From: an uncultured Myxococcaceae bacterium
Lineage (GTDB): Bacteria; Myxococcota_A; Polyangia; Polyangiales; Ga0077539
DNA length: 64,000 nt
Assembly: GCA_966211675.1 (NCBI GenBank)
Contig: CBIHPK010000002.1
Coordinates: forward strand, 76,245 to 140,244
Direction: 5' to 3'
In this document: positions 7,380-18,476 of the stretch, piece by piece
Layout: each line of letters begins with the position of its first letter
Position numbering within the stretch: position 1 is the stretch's first letter
The notes under the pieces: model-generated
Databases searched by the model: none
What the model saw: only the letters and a program-made list of their open reading frames with translations
What the model was told of the DNA's origin: nothing
Position numbers and translations under genes: made by a program

Positions 7380-9599
7380 ATGACGACGCGCATGGACGAC
7401 ACCCCACCCCTGCCTCACACCGGGCACCTGCCCGACGGCGTGGTGACGGTGCGGGGCGTGGTGAAGGGGGTCGTCTATCGCACGGACGACAAGCGCTACT
7501 CGGTGCTGCGCCTCACTCAGACGCACGGCGAGGAGACGGTGATCGTGGGCCCTCTCGGCGACGTGGCGCCGGGCGAGTCGCTGCGGGTCACCGGGCGCTG
7601 GGAGCGGCACGCCTCGCATGGTCCGCAACTGAAGGTCGAGACGTGGATCCCCGAGATGCCCACCAGCGCCGACGGCATCGCGCGGCTGCTGGGCTCCGGG
7701 TTCGTCAAGGACATCGGCCCCAAGCTCGCGCACCGCATCGTCGAGCGCTTCGGGGCCTCGACGCTCGACGTCATCGCCGACCACCCGGAGCGGCTGAGCG
7801 AGGTCGACGGCATCGGCGGCCGACGGGCGCAGCGCATCCAGGAGGTGTTTCGCGTGCGGCGCGCGGAGGTCGAGACGCGCAGCTTCCTCGCGGGCCTCGG
7901 CGTCGGCGCGGGCCTCGCGCGGCGCATCTGGGAGCGCTTCGGCGTGGAGTCCTCGGCGGTCGTCCGGGAGAACCCCTACCGGCTCGCGGAGGAGGTGAAG
8001 GGCATCGGCTTCCTCACCGCCGACGCCATCGCCCGCGCGCAGGGCGTGCTCGCCGACGACCCGAGGCGCATCGCCGGCGCGGTGCTCTTCCTGCTGCTGG
8101 AGGCGGTGGACGACGGCCACGCGGCGCTCCCGCCCGATGAGCTCGCGGTGCTCGCCGATCGCTTCTCCATCCCGCCGGAGTCGGTGCACACGGCGCTGGG
8201 CGAGCTCGCCGCGCGCCGCACGATCATCCGAGACCAGCAGCTCATCTACCCCCCGCCGCTCTACGACGCCGAGGTGCGGCTCGCGCATGACCTGGCGGCG
8301 CAGCTCCGCCGGCCGTTGAAGCCGGTGCGTCGCGAGGCGCTCTCCGTGCCGGAGGTGCGCGAGGCGCTCGATCGGCTCAACGCGAAGCAGCGCGCCGCGG
8401 TCGAGGCCACCATGACCGCGGGCGTGGTGGTGATGACCGGCGGACCCGGCACCGGCAAGACCACCACCGTCCTCGCGCTGGTGCGGCTGCACCAGGCGGC
8501 CGGGCACAAGGTGCTGCTCGCGGCCCCGACGGGGCGCGCCGCGCGGAGGCTCTCGGAGGCGACGAAGCACCCGGCCTCGACGATCCATCGGCTGCTCGAC
8601 TGGTCGCCGCGCATCCAGCGCTTCTCTCGCGACCGAAGCTCTCCGCTCGACGCCGACCTCGTGCTGGTGGACGAGGCCTCGATGGTGGACGTGCAGCTCG
8701 CCTCGCACCTCGTGGCGGCGGTGCGCTCGGGGGCGCGGCTGGTGCTCGTGGGCGACGCCGACCAGCTCCCGCCGGTGGGTCCAGGGACCGTCCTCGCCGA
8801 CCTGCTCAAGCTGCCGGAGGTGACCTCCGTGCGGCTGACGGAGGTGTTCCGCCAGGCGGCCGAGAGCGCCATCGTGAGGGGTGCCTACGACGTGCTGCGG
8901 GGGGAGGTGCCGAGGAGCTCGCCCCCGAGGGCTCCCACCTCCGAGGGGGAAGGTCCGCGAGCGCCGACGGGCGAGCTCTTCCTGGTGAAGTGCGACGACG
9001 GCGAGCAGGCGGCGAAGCTGCTGGTGGAGACCGTGGCGAGGCGCATCCCGAGGTCCTTCGGGCTCGACCCGATGCGCGAGGTGCAGGTGCTGGTGCCCAC
9101 GCACCGCGGGCCGCTCGGGGCGCAGAAGCTCAACGAGGCGCTGCAGGCCGCGCTCAACCCCGACGGCACCCGAGGCCGCCGCGGGTTCGCCGTCGGCGAC
9201 AAGGTGATGCAGCTGCGCAACGACTACGACCTCGACGTGTCCAACGGCGACGTCGGCATCATCGAGCAGCTCGACGACAAGACCGTCACGGTGCGCATGG
9301 AGGGCCGCGAGGTGCGCTACGCCGACGACGCCGTGGACAACCTCACGCTCGCCTACGCGGCAACGATCCACAAGGCGCAGGGCAGCGAGTACGACGCCGT
9401 GGTGCTCGGGCTGCACACCTCCCATTTCGTGCTGCTCAACCGGGCGCTGCTCTACACGGCCATCACCCGGGCCCGCCGCCTCGTGGTGGTGGTCGGCAGC
9501 GAGCGGGCGCTGCGCCTCGCGGTCAGCACCGCGCGCGTGGTCGAGCGTCACGGAGCGCTGCTGCATCGCCTCCAGGCCGAGCTCGCGCAGACCCGTTGA
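7380..9599 (+). CDS. recD2: RecD2-type SF1 ATP-dependent DNA helicase
   Basis: Start MTTRMDD.. at 7380. N-terminal OB-like segment plus HhH region. Walker A GGPGTGKTT, Walker B LVLVDEASMVD, and C-terminal ATIHKAQGSEYDAVVL with LLYTAITRAR. Confidence 0.9.
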   Translation: MTTRMDDTPPLPHTGHLPDGVVTVRGVVKGVVYRTDDKRYSVLRLTQTHGEETVIVGPLGDVAPGESLRVTGRWERHASHGPQLKVETWIPEMPTSADGIARLLGSGFVKDIGPKLAHRIVERFGASTLDVIADHPERLSEVDGIGGRRAQRIQEVFRVRRAEVETRSFLAGLGVGAGLARRIWERFGVESSAVVRENPYRLAEEVKGIGFLTADAIARAQGVLADDPRRIAGAVLFLLLEAVDDGHAALPPDELAVLADRFSIPPESVHTALGELAARRTIIRDQQLIYPPPLYDAEVRLAHDLAAQLRRPLKPVRREALSVPEVREALDRLNAKQRAAVEATMTAGVVVMTGGPGTGKTTTVLALVRLHQAAGHKVLLAAPTGRAARRLSEATKHPASTIHRLLDWSPRIQRFSRDRSSPLDADLVLVDEASMVDVQLASHLVAAVRSGARLVLVGDADQLPPVGPGTVLADLLKLPEVTSVRLTEVFRQAAESAIVRGAYDVLRGEVPRSSPPRAPTSEGEGPRAPTGELFLVKCDDGEQAAKLLVETVARRIPRSFGLDPMREVQVLVPTHRGPLGAQKLNEALQAALNPDGTRGRRGFAVGDKVMQLRNDYDLDVSNGDVGIIEQLDDKTVTVRMEGREVRYADDAVDNLTLAYAATIHKAQGSEYDAVVLGLHTSHFVLLNRALLYTAITRARRLVVVVGSERALRLAVSTARVVERHGALLHRLQAELAQTR

Positions 9600-9647
9600 C
9601 AGCCCCCTCGGCATCCGGAATCTTTCACCGCCCGAACAAAGAAAGAT

Positions 9648-9663
9648 GGACCAGTACTGGTCC
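9648..9663. promoter_or_regulatory. perfect 16-nt palindrome GGACCAGTACTGGTCC in the recD2-downstream intergenic region
   Basis: Self-complementary over all 16 nt and embedded in a locally AT-richer stretch (gaacaaagaaagatGGACCAGTACTGGTCCttcgttgc). It lies 27 nt upstream of the GTG start at 9690. Function unknown (operator or hairpin). Confidence 0.3.
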
Positions 9664-9689
9664 TTCGTTGCTCCAGTGGTCATCCTCCC

Positions 9690-10223
9690 GTGAACTTGCT
9701 TCGTCCTGCCTACATCGTCCTCGCCTCGCTGCTCACGCTCTCCGGCTCGGCCGCGACGCAGCCCCTGCCCGCGACCTCCACCGCCGTCTGCCGCCAGGTG
9801 ACCGACGTGTATGACGGCTCGACGGTGCGCGGCAGCACCGCGGGCCTCGCCGACCGGGCCCACGCCTCCTGCGCCCGCCAGGCGCTCTCGGGAGAGCGGG
9901 TCTACGCGCTTCACCTCGACCAGGCCTCGCGCGTCTCGCTTCGGGTCGCGGCCGACTACGACGTCGCGGTCTACGTGCGTCGCGAGTGCGGCGACGAGGT
10001 GAGCGAGCTCGCCTGCAACGACGACCTCGAGGACGTGCGCCACGCGGGCCTCGACGTCGACCTCGGCGCGGGCACCTGGTTCGTGTTCGTCGACGGCTAC
10101 GACAGCGACAACAGCGGCAACTTCACGCTGAGCGTGAGCGCCCGGCCGACGGGCCCGCGGCTCTCTCGCGCGCCGTGGGGGCCGTCGGTCGCCAACCGCG
10201 CCCCGTCGCGGCCGTCGTCGTAG
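9690..10223 (+). CDS. small secreted protein with a pre-peptidase-C-terminal-like beta-sandwich
   Basis: Signal peptide MNLLRPAYIVLASLLTLSGSAA. Pattern C..V.D...GSTV.GST.G......SC...GERVYALHL...SRVSLRVAADYDVAVYVRRECGD..SELACNDD...GTWFVFVDGYDSDNSGNFTLSV. Confidence 0.6.
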   Translation: MNLLRPAYIVLASLLTLSGSAATQPLPATSTAVCRQVTDVYDGSTVRGSTAGLADRAHASCARQALSGERVYALHLDQASRVSLRVAADYDVAVYVRRECGDEVSELACNDDLEDVRHAGLDVDLGAGTWFVFVDGYDSDNSGNFTLSVSARPTGPRLSRAPWGPSVANRAPSRPSS

Positions 10224-10227
10224 CGGT

Positions 10228-11493
10228 CTACGGCGACGAGCTGCGCGTGCGGTAGAGCACCTCGACGCGGCTGCCGGCGGCCGGGAGGTGCGCCGGGTCG
10301 ATGGTGATCCGGCGCGTGGCGCCGTCGTAGGTCCAGCCCGTGGTGAGCTGCGTGCGGCTGCCGTCGGCGGCGACGATCCAGACCTGTACGGTGTCGGGCC
10401 GCGCGTCGCCGTCGATGGTCCAGGCGTTGGCGCGGCTGGTGATGTCGCGAGCGAAGGAGGTGAAGATCGCCGACCAGTCGGTGCTGCACACGCGCGCGGC
10501 CAGGCCTCGGGTGCGCGAGGTGAGCGTGAGGTACACGCCGCCGCGGCGGGCGAGCGTCGGGCAGTCGGTGCGCGACTCGTAGCCCACGATCGAATGGAAC
10601 ACGTAGCTCGAGAACCCTGGCCAGGTGATGACGGTGCTGTGGAAGGCGTCGGCGCTGAGCGAGCTCTCGTCGTCGGTGATGGCCACGAAGAACTTCAGTG
10701 AGTCGGGCCGCGTGAAGCCCTGCCACATGGGCTGCGTGGCGATCCACTGCCGCAGCCCGTTGACGCTGTCGACGGTGACGTTGATGTGCCGGAGGCGATC
10801 GGAGTCCCCGCAGGAGGCCCCCCCGAGCGGCGCAGGGATGCACACCTGGAGGCGCGCGGTGCCTCGGCGCGCGACCATGATCACCCGGTAGTCGAGACCG
10901 CTCGCGCCCATGATGGTGGCGAGGCGGTTCATGTTCTCGTTCACCGCGATGGTCTCCTCGGTCATCGACCCGGAGGTGTCGACGAAGAGGAGGATGTCCA
11001 CCGGGGCGCGCGTGGCGGTCATGCCCATGAGGTCCTGCGCGACCTCGCAGCGGTTCATGGCCTCGGCGATGGGCAGCCACGACCCGCCGCAGGCCGACCA
11101 GGCGCCGAACTCCCCGGTCCCCTCGCAGCGCTGCCTGCCCATGCGGCACATGCCCCGGAAGGCGTCCTCCGGGCGCTCGAAGCACATCTGCTCCATGCCC
11201 GGTGTGCAGACGCAGTCCTCGTTGGCGACGCCGTCGTTGTCGTCGTCGAAGGGCGTCGCGCAGTTCTCGCGAGGTCCCGTCGAGGCGCCCGTGTCGAGCG
11301 GCGGAACCGTCCCGACGTCGCGGGTGACCGTCCCGGTGTCGCGGGGCGGGGTGCCGGTGTCGCGCACCACCGGTCGGTCGGCGACGCGGGCGTCGACACG
11401 GTTGACGCCGCCGTCACCGGAGATCTGGGTGACCTCCTCCGGGGCGCAGGCGGCGAGGAGTCCGAGGGGGAGCGTGATCCACGGCAGGCGCAT
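10228..11493 (-). CDS. lipoprotein with a von Willebrand factor A (MIDAS) domain
   Basis: MRLPWITLPLGLLAACAPE lipobox. Acidic Ca-binding-like DDDNDGVANEDC. MIDAS motif DILLFVDTSGSMTEE. Confidence 0.75.
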   Translation of the reverse strand: MRLPWITLPLGLLAACAPEEVTQISGDGGVNRVDARVADRPVVRDTGTPPRDTGTVTRDVGTVPPLDTGASTGPRENCATPFDDDNDGVANEDCVCTPGMEQMCFERPEDAFRGMCRMGRQRCEGTGEFGAWSACGGSWLPIAEAMNRCEVAQDLMGMTATRAPVDILLFVDTSGSMTEETIAVNENMNRLATIMGASGLDYRVIMVARRGTARLQVCIPAPLGGASCGDSDRLRHINVTVDSVNGLRQWIATQPMWQGFTRPDSLKFFVAITDDESSLSADAFHSTVITWPGFSSYVFHSIVGYESRTDCPTLARRGGVYLTLTSRTRGLAARVCSTDWSAIFTSFARDITSRANAWTIDGDARPDTVQVWIVAADGSRTQLTTGWTYDGATRRITIDPAHLPAAGSRVEVLYRTRSSSP

Positions 11494-11557
11494 GACGCCG
11501 ACGCTAACAGAGTCGCGGGGCGCTCGCCGGTCGGCGGGCGCCCTGGGGAGCCGATGG

Positions 11558-13114
<1,557 letters not shown>

Positions 13115-13169
13115 AGACCTGCGCCGATACCACAGGTTGGGCCTCTCCGCGCGATCGGCGGGCGGTGTC

Positions 13170-15197
13170 TCAGAACACCAGGTCGAGGATCTTGTACGGG
13201 CTCGTGGCCGAGCAGGTGGTCCCCGACGGGGCGCTGGTGCTCCAGGTGCCGCTGCGGGTGGCGCTCAGCGTCGCGCCGCGGAAGGCCTGGAGCGTGTAGG
13301 TCGTCGCGCTGGTGACCCGATACGGGATCACGCACACCGAGTAGGTCCCCGGCGGGGGCGTGGTCGTCCAGAAGATCTGCTCGGGGCCCATGTCGAAGCT
13401 GTCGTGGTCGAAGGTCCCGCCGCCGCCCATGTGCGCCGCGTAGTTGACGACCACTCCGCTCGGCGTGGCGACCGCGAGGTCGAGGTCGGCGGTGACGTTC
13501 CAGGTGGCCGAGAAGCGGAGCGTCGTGGTGAGGCACGCCGACGAGTAGCAGGTCTGCCCCGCCGTGCAGGCGCGGCCGCAGGCGCCGCAGTTGGCCGGGT
13601 CGCTCGCGAGGTCGCGGCAGGCGCCCGCGGAGCAGAGCGTGAGCCCGGTGCCGCAGGAGCCCGATACGCAGGAGCCCGCGGAGCAGGTCTGCCCCGCGGC
13701 GCAGGCGCGGCCGCAGGCGCCGCAGTTGGAGTTGGAGGTCTGCAGCGACACCTCGCAGCCGTTGGCGTTGGAGCCGTCGCAGCTGGCGTAGCCCGAAGCG
13801 CAGGTGATCCCGCACACCCCGCTCGTGCAGACCGGGACCGAGTTGGGCGGAACGGGGCAGACGCTGCCGCAGGCGCCGCAGCTCGAGCTGCTGCTGCGCG
13901 TGTCGGACTCACACCCGTTGGAGGCCACGCCGTCGCAGTCCCCGAAGCCCGCGGCGCAGGCGCCCACGATGCACGCCCCGGCCAAGCAGGCCGGCACGGC
14001 GTTGGGGAGCACGCACGCCCGGGGGCACGCGCCGCAGTGGGAGGCGTCGGTGTTGAGGTCGACGCAGGACCCGCCGCAGCTGGTCAGGCCCGACGCGCAG
14101 CCGCTGAGCAGGCACACCCCGTCGGTGCAGGTGAGGCCCGCGCTGCAGGTGTTGCCGCAGCGCCCGCAGTGCGTGTTGCTGCTGCTGAAGTTGGTCTCGC
14201 AGCCGTTGGTCGGGGTGCCGTCGCAATCACCTCGTCCCGCGCTGCAGGCGAGGGTGCAGGCGCCCGCGACGCAGGCCGCGGAACCGCCCGCGGAGGGGCA
14301 GACGTTGCCGCAGCGGCCGCAGCTGGAGGCGCTGGTGCGGGTGTCGGTCTCGCAGCCGTTGGCGGCGTTGCCGTCGCAGTCCGCGAAGCCCGGGTTGCAG
14401 GTGGTCGTGCACACGCCCGCGCCGCAGCGGGAGACGCCGTTGGTGACCGTGGGGCAGGGCGTGTTGGTCACGGTGCGGCCGTCCGCCGAGCAGACCCGCC
14501 GGGTGCTCTCGTCGGCGCAGCTCACCGAGCTGGGCACGCAGGCCTGCGGGGCGCAGCTGCCGTCGGGGTTGCAGACGTTGTTCGGGGGGCAGTCGACGGC
14601 GGTGTTGCAGTCCACGCAGAGCATGCGGCTGGTGTTGCAGACCTGCATGCGCGCCGAGCAGTCTCGGTCCGAGCGGCACGGCGGAGGCGCCGGGACGCAG
14701 CGGTTGCCCGAGCAGATGTCGGTGCCGGTGCAGTCGACGGCGGTGAGGCAGTCGACGCAGATGCCGAGGGTGCGCTCGCACACCTGGGAGCGCGCCCCGC
14801 ACTCGCGGTCCGAACGGCAGCTGAGGGGTGGGACGTCGGTGGGCACATCGGCGGGCACATCGGCGGGCACATCGGCAGGCACGTCCACCGGGGCGTCGAC
14901 GGCGACCGGGACATCCGCGGGAACGTCCACCAGCACGTCCGGGAGGACGTCCTCGCCCACGTCTGCGGTCACGTCCGGGGCGACGTCCAGGGCCGCGTCC
15001 TCCGCGTCCTCGACGACGGGCGCGTCGGCCGGGACGTCGACGACCGGGGCCACATCGACGGCGAGGTCGGAGGTGACGTCCGACGAGGCGTCGGTGTCGA
15101 CCGGCGCTGGCCCGGAGCTCCTCGGAGAAGAACAGGCCGCGACGAGGGAGAAGGCCAGGAGGGAGAGGTGTCGAAGCGAAGCTCGTTGAGACCGCAT
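13170..15197 (-). CDS. secreted lipoprotein: acidic DVPA-repeat linker, several kinds of Cys-rich modules (about 7 Stig1-like NCGxCG units) and a C-terminal ~115-aa beta-sandwich-like domain
   Basis: [24 protein letters not shown] lipobox. (A/T)DVP repeats. Modules of type C..DL..D..(N/H)CG(A/R)CG..C..G..C..G.C and F.DCDG...NGCE. Non-repeat tail [24 protein letters not shown]...GPEQIFW...PGTYSVCV. Confidence 0.85.
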   Translation of the reverse strand: MRSQRASLRHLSLLAFSLVAACSSPRSSGPAPVDTDASSDVTSDLAVDVAPVVDVPADAPVVEDAEDAALDVAPDVTADVGEDVLPDVLVDVPADVPVAVDAPVDVPADVPADVPADVPTDVPPLSCRSDRECGARSQVCERTLGICVDCLTAVDCTGTDICSGNRCVPAPPPCRSDRDCSARMQVCNTSRMLCVDCNTAVDCPPNNVCNPDGSCAPQACVPSSVSCADESTRRVCSADGRTVTNTPCPTVTNGVSRCGAGVCTTTCNPGFADCDGNAANGCETDTRTSASSCGRCGNVCPSAGGSAACVAGACTLACSAGRGDCDGTPTNGCETNFSSSNTHCGRCGNTCSAGLTCTDGVCLLSGCASGLTSCGGSCVDLNTDASHCGACPRACVLPNAVPACLAGACIVGACAAGFGDCDGVASNGCESDTRSSSSSCGACGSVCPVPPNSVPVCTSGVCGITCASGYASCDGSNANGCEVSLQTSNSNCGACGRACAAGQTCSAGSCVSGSCGTGLTLCSAGACRDLASDPANCGACGRACTAGQTCYSSACLTTTLRFSATWNVTADLDLAVATPSGVVVNYAAHMGGGGTFDHDSFDMGPEQIFWTTTPPPGTYSVCVIPYRVTSATTYTLQAFRGATLSATRSGTWSTSAPSGTTCSATSPYKILDLVF
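14829..14888 (-). repeat. in-frame 12-nt tandem repeat encoding (A/T)DVP units
   Basis: Three perfect copies of gggcacatcggc (14841..14852, 14853..14864, 14865..14876) flanked by degenerate copies. On the coding strand they encode [16 protein letters not shown]. Confidence 0.9.
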
Positions 15198-15263
15198 GAC
15201 AGCGGTTCTCGGGGATCAGTCGGCGGGTGTCAAACGGCCGACACGGCGTTTACCTGATGGGGC

Positions 15264-16886
15264 TCAGCGGGTGGTGAAGAGCGAGACCGTGCGGGAGCCG
15301 GTCACGTAGACCCGGCCATCGGCGACCACGACCGGGGTCCACTGGCGCACGCTCGGCGGCGCCCCGGCGAAGATCTCCATCCCGTTGGAGATGTCGATCG
15401 CGCGGAGCGAGGCGGGCGTCGTGCCCGCGACCCACAGGATGCCGTTGTTGTTGCCGTTGGACGAGACCGCGGGCGCCGCGGGGTTGGAGACGGTGGCGCT
15501 GCACCAGGCGGTGGTGAGCTCGGTGCCGGAGACGCGCAGGGCCATGACGCCGCCGCTGCCCGAGCAGCCCGAGCGGGTTCCGCGGCCGGGGGCGAACACG
15601 AAGGTCTCCGTGCCGTTCGACCAGGCCGCCGCCGCGCCGAAGTTGCCCCCCGAGAAGAAGCGCGTCTGGAAGACCTCCGAGCCGGTTCCGCCGAGGTTCT
15701 CGCGGTCGAGCAGGTAGCTCACGCCGGCCTTGCCGCCCTGCCAGAGCAGCCGCGAGGCGCCCGTGATCGGGGGCAGAACCAGCGGGGACACGGAGCCGAT
15801 GTCCAGGTCCTGCAGGTCGAGCATCCGGGCGTCCGAGGCCTCGAAGAACGAGGCGTCGTCGGTCGACGTGGTGGGCCCCGTGGCGCCGCCGCCGAGGCGG
15901 ATCACGCGCTCGCCGAGCGAGCCCGGGGTGTGGCCGCCGAGGGGCGTGCTGTTGCCCGTGGCGACGAAGAGCCGGCCGGTCTCGTCCATCGCCGAGCCGC
16001 CGACCGCCCAGATGCCGGAGCCGCGGCCGGGGGTGGCGAAGGCGACCTGCTGCGCGGGGTTGGCGGCGTCGATGCCGACGACCCAGCCGTGATAGATGCC
16101 GCAGTCGCCGTAGAGCCCGCCGAAGGGGACGAACACTCGGCCGTCGGCGAACTGGAGCGCGCCGCGCTGGCCGGTGGCGCGCGCGTCGAAGCTCGACCCG
16201 CCGGTGGCCGGGGGGGCGATGTTGACGGGGTAGCCCGCGCGCTGCTGCCCGGTGGTCGCGTCGAGCGCGTTGAGCTTGAACTGGAGCCCGCCGTCGTTGG
16301 TGAAGGCGACGGCGTAGAGGGTGTTGGTCGCCGGATCGATGACCCCGGTGCTCACCACGCCGATGGGGTTGATGTTGCCGCACTGCTGCGCCGAGCGGGG
16401 CACAGGGGTGCCGAGGGGCGTGCGCCAGAGCTCGGCGCCGCTGGCGGCGTCGAGGGCGTAGAGGGAGTTGTTCTGCGTGGCGACGAAGAGCACGTCGTGG
16501 CGCGCGCCGCCCACCATCAGCCCAGGGAGGTACAGCGGCTGAGCGTAGACCTCGCCGTCGAGCGCGGGGGCGAAGGCGTCGACGCGGCCGAAGCCCGCCT
16601 GCACGGCGGCGACCGTGAGGCGCGTCTCGTTGCGGTTGGCGCCCGTGCGCGCCCGATCGAACTGGAAGGTCGTGACCGCGGTGCTCGTGGTCACGGGCGT
16701 ACCGGAGTCGGGTCGCACGCCCACGTCCGGGCGGACTCCGTCGTCGGTCGCGACCGCGGGCGTGTCGGTCGAGCCGCCGTCGATGACCCCGCTGTCGTTC
16801 GTCAGGTTGATCGGGGCCTCGGAGGAGCAGGCGCTGGAGGCGAAGGCGGCGGTCAGGAGAAAGGGGTGGAAGAGCGATGATTTCAT
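15264..16886 (-). CDS. PQQ-like / BamB-like beta-propeller repeat lipoprotein
   Basis: MKSSLFHPFLLTAAFASSACSS lipobox. Repeated propeller blades (…VYAQPLY…, …LYALDAASGAELW…, …LNALDATTGQ…, …LRAIDISNGMEIF…VVADGRVYV). Confidence 0.75.
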   Translation of the reverse strand: MKSSLFHPFLLTAAFASSACSSEAPINLTNDSGVIDGGSTDTPAVATDDGVRPDVGVRPDSGTPVTTSTAVTTFQFDRARTGANRNETRLTVAAVQAGFGRVDAFAPALDGEVYAQPLYLPGLMVGGARHDVLFVATQNNSLYALDAASGAELWRTPLGTPVPRSAQQCGNINPIGVVSTGVIDPATNTLYAVAFTNDGGLQFKLNALDATTGQQRAGYPVNIAPPATGGSSFDARATGQRGALQFADGRVFVPFGGLYGDCGIYHGWVVGIDAANPAQQVAFATPGRGSGIWAVGGSAMDETGRLFVATGNSTPLGGHTPGSLGERVIRLGGGATGPTTSTDDASFFEASDARMLDLQDLDIGSVSPLVLPPITGASRLLWQGGKAGVSYLLDRENLGGTGSEVFQTRFFSGGNFGAAAAWSNGTETFVFAPGRGTRSGCSGSGGVMALRVSGTELTTAWCSATVSNPAAPAVSSNGNNNGILWVAGTTPASLRAIDISNGMEIFAGAPPSVRQWTPVVVADGRVYVTGSRTVSLFTTR

Positions 16887-17157
16887 GGGTGGTGCGCATG
16901 AAGCAGCGGTCCCCGGTGCCGGTCAAGTGGACTTCTCGGGGATGCTGACGGGACCGGCGCGCGGGCCGGGAGTGCGTCGCGGGCGTAGCAGGTGGAGGGC
17001 TGCGTTGGCGTCCGGGTGGCGCTTGCGTGGATGGTGCCCGTAGCGCTAGAAGCTCCGCGCTCCACCTGATTCGCCGAGAGGGCGTCTATTGCTTCGTCGT
17101 GGGCCGTGTTGACCCCACGACGACGCCCTCCGCGCCACCCGTTAAGGACCCTATTCC

Positions 17158-17859
17158 ATGGACCGTGCTCCCTCCGATCGTGACCTTCGCGACCTGCTCC
17201 TTTCCTTGCGTGACACTTTCAAGGAGGCCGCCGCGCGCATCGATGACGCGCTCGGCACCGCCCCCGCCGCCGCCCCGTCGGGCTTCCGCCGCGACGACGA
17301 TCGCCGGCCGGCCCGCGATTTCAACGCCCCTCGCGAGGTGCGTGGCCCGCGTGATTTCGGCGCCGCCCAGGCCTACCGCGGCGAGAACCGCGACAGCCGC
17401 GGGCCGCAGCAGCGGGAGTTCCAGGGGCAGCGCGAGCCGCGGGATTTCCGCGCCGCCGAGCCCGCCGCCTTCCGGGGTGACAGCCGCGGGTCCGACCCGG
17501 GCGTGCGCAACCCGCTGGAGAAGCTCCGCGAGGAGGTTCGCACCATCAGCAACGACGCGCCCGGCATGGACCCGTCGCTGCTCCGCCTGAAGATCGAGGC
17601 CGTCACCGCGGAGACGCGGGTGCTCCAGCCGCGCATCAACGACCCCGAGGACAACGACATCGCCGCGAAGATCATGCGGTCGCTGACGGCCATCGTGAGC
17701 GAGCACCGCCCGGGTCACGTCTACGGCCTCGCCCGCCACCACCAGGCCGACTGGAACGACGTCTCCCGCCGCGCCCGCGACGAGCTCCGCGCCCTGGAGA
17801 ACGGCGGCGGCGCCGACGCCGGGTCGCACAGCAAGTCCGAGCCCGACCTCGACGCCTGA
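17158..17859 (+). CDS. hypothetical protein with an Arg-rich low-complexity centre
   Basis: ATG at 17158, GC3-rich frame. Central R-(D/E)-F repeats (ARDF, PRDF, QREF, PRDF); helical-looking N- and C-terminal parts. No recognised family. Confidence 0.6.
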   Translation: MDRAPSDRDLRDLLLSLRDTFKEAAARIDDALGTAPAAAPSGFRRDDDRRPARDFNAPREVRGPRDFGAAQAYRGENRDSRGPQQREFQGQREPRDFRAAEPAAFRGDSRGSDPGVRNPLEKLREEVRTISNDAPGMDPSLLRLKIEAVTAETRVLQPRINDPEDNDIAAKIMRSLTAIVSEHRPGHVYGLARHHQADWNDVSRRARDELRALENGGGADAGSHSKSEPDLDA

Positions 17860-17875
17860 TCCGCCCCTCTCCCTC

Positions 17876-18412
17876 TCAGCGTCTCCGCATCAGCTCGGCG
17901 ATGCCCGCCTCGATCTGCGGCTGCTCGGACATCGAGAAGCCCTCCCTCTCTCGGGTGATGATGCCCGTCCGATCGATCCACACCGAGAACGGCGCCGCGC
18001 GGCGCGGGTTGTAGACCGAGACCACCTGCGTCTCGAGGTCGGTCACCACGGGGAACGTGATGCCCAGCCGCCGCGCCGCCGCGCCCGCCTCGGCGACGGT
18101 GTCGGGGCCGTCCATCGAGATGGCCACCACCTGGAGCTGTCCGCCGTAGCGCTGGAAGAGCGCCTGGTACACCGGGAGTTCCTGCATGCAGGGCTGGCAC
18201 CACGTCGCCCAGAAGAGCACCACGATGGGCTTGCGGTGGAGCGAGTCGGTGAGCCGGAACCTCCCTCGCGTCGGGCCTCCGGGCGCGCACGGGAGCGTGA
18301 ACTCCGGCGCCTCGGTGCCGACCGAGGCGAGGACGGGTTGCGCGGCCGAGGCGAGCGCGGCGCTGAGCAGGATCGAGGCGAAGGCGCGTCGGTTCATGGG
18401 CCCGTACGACAC
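17876..18412 (-). CDS. TlpA/ResA-family periplasmic thiol:disulfide oxidoreductase
   Basis: Signal peptide, then VVLFWATWCQPC (CxxC thioredoxin-fold motif). Length is typical for the family. Start could instead be the internal MNRRAF. Confidence 0.85.
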   Translation of the reverse strand: MSYGPMNRRAFASILLSAALASAAQPVLASVGTEAPEFTLPCAPGGPTRGRFRLTDSLHRKPIVVLFWATWCQPCMQELPVYQALFQRYGGQLQVVAISMDGPDTVAEAGAAARRLGITFPVVTDLETQVVSVYNPRRAAPFSVWIDRTGIITREREGFSMSEQPQIEAGIAELMRRR

Positions 18413-18476
18413 CTCACCCTGGGGAAATGTTCAACGTGGTCGGGGCCTGTGGGGGCTGTGGTACGGTCTCCCCGCA

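Noticed and set aside
6478-9599. The divergent thermonuclease plus RecD-like helicase as a possible nuclease-helicase defence module.
   Set aside because: The nuclease has a lipoprotein signal peptide and is therefore exported. The helicase has the standard RecD2 layout found as a housekeeping gene. There are no accompanying defence-type genes or mobile-element context.
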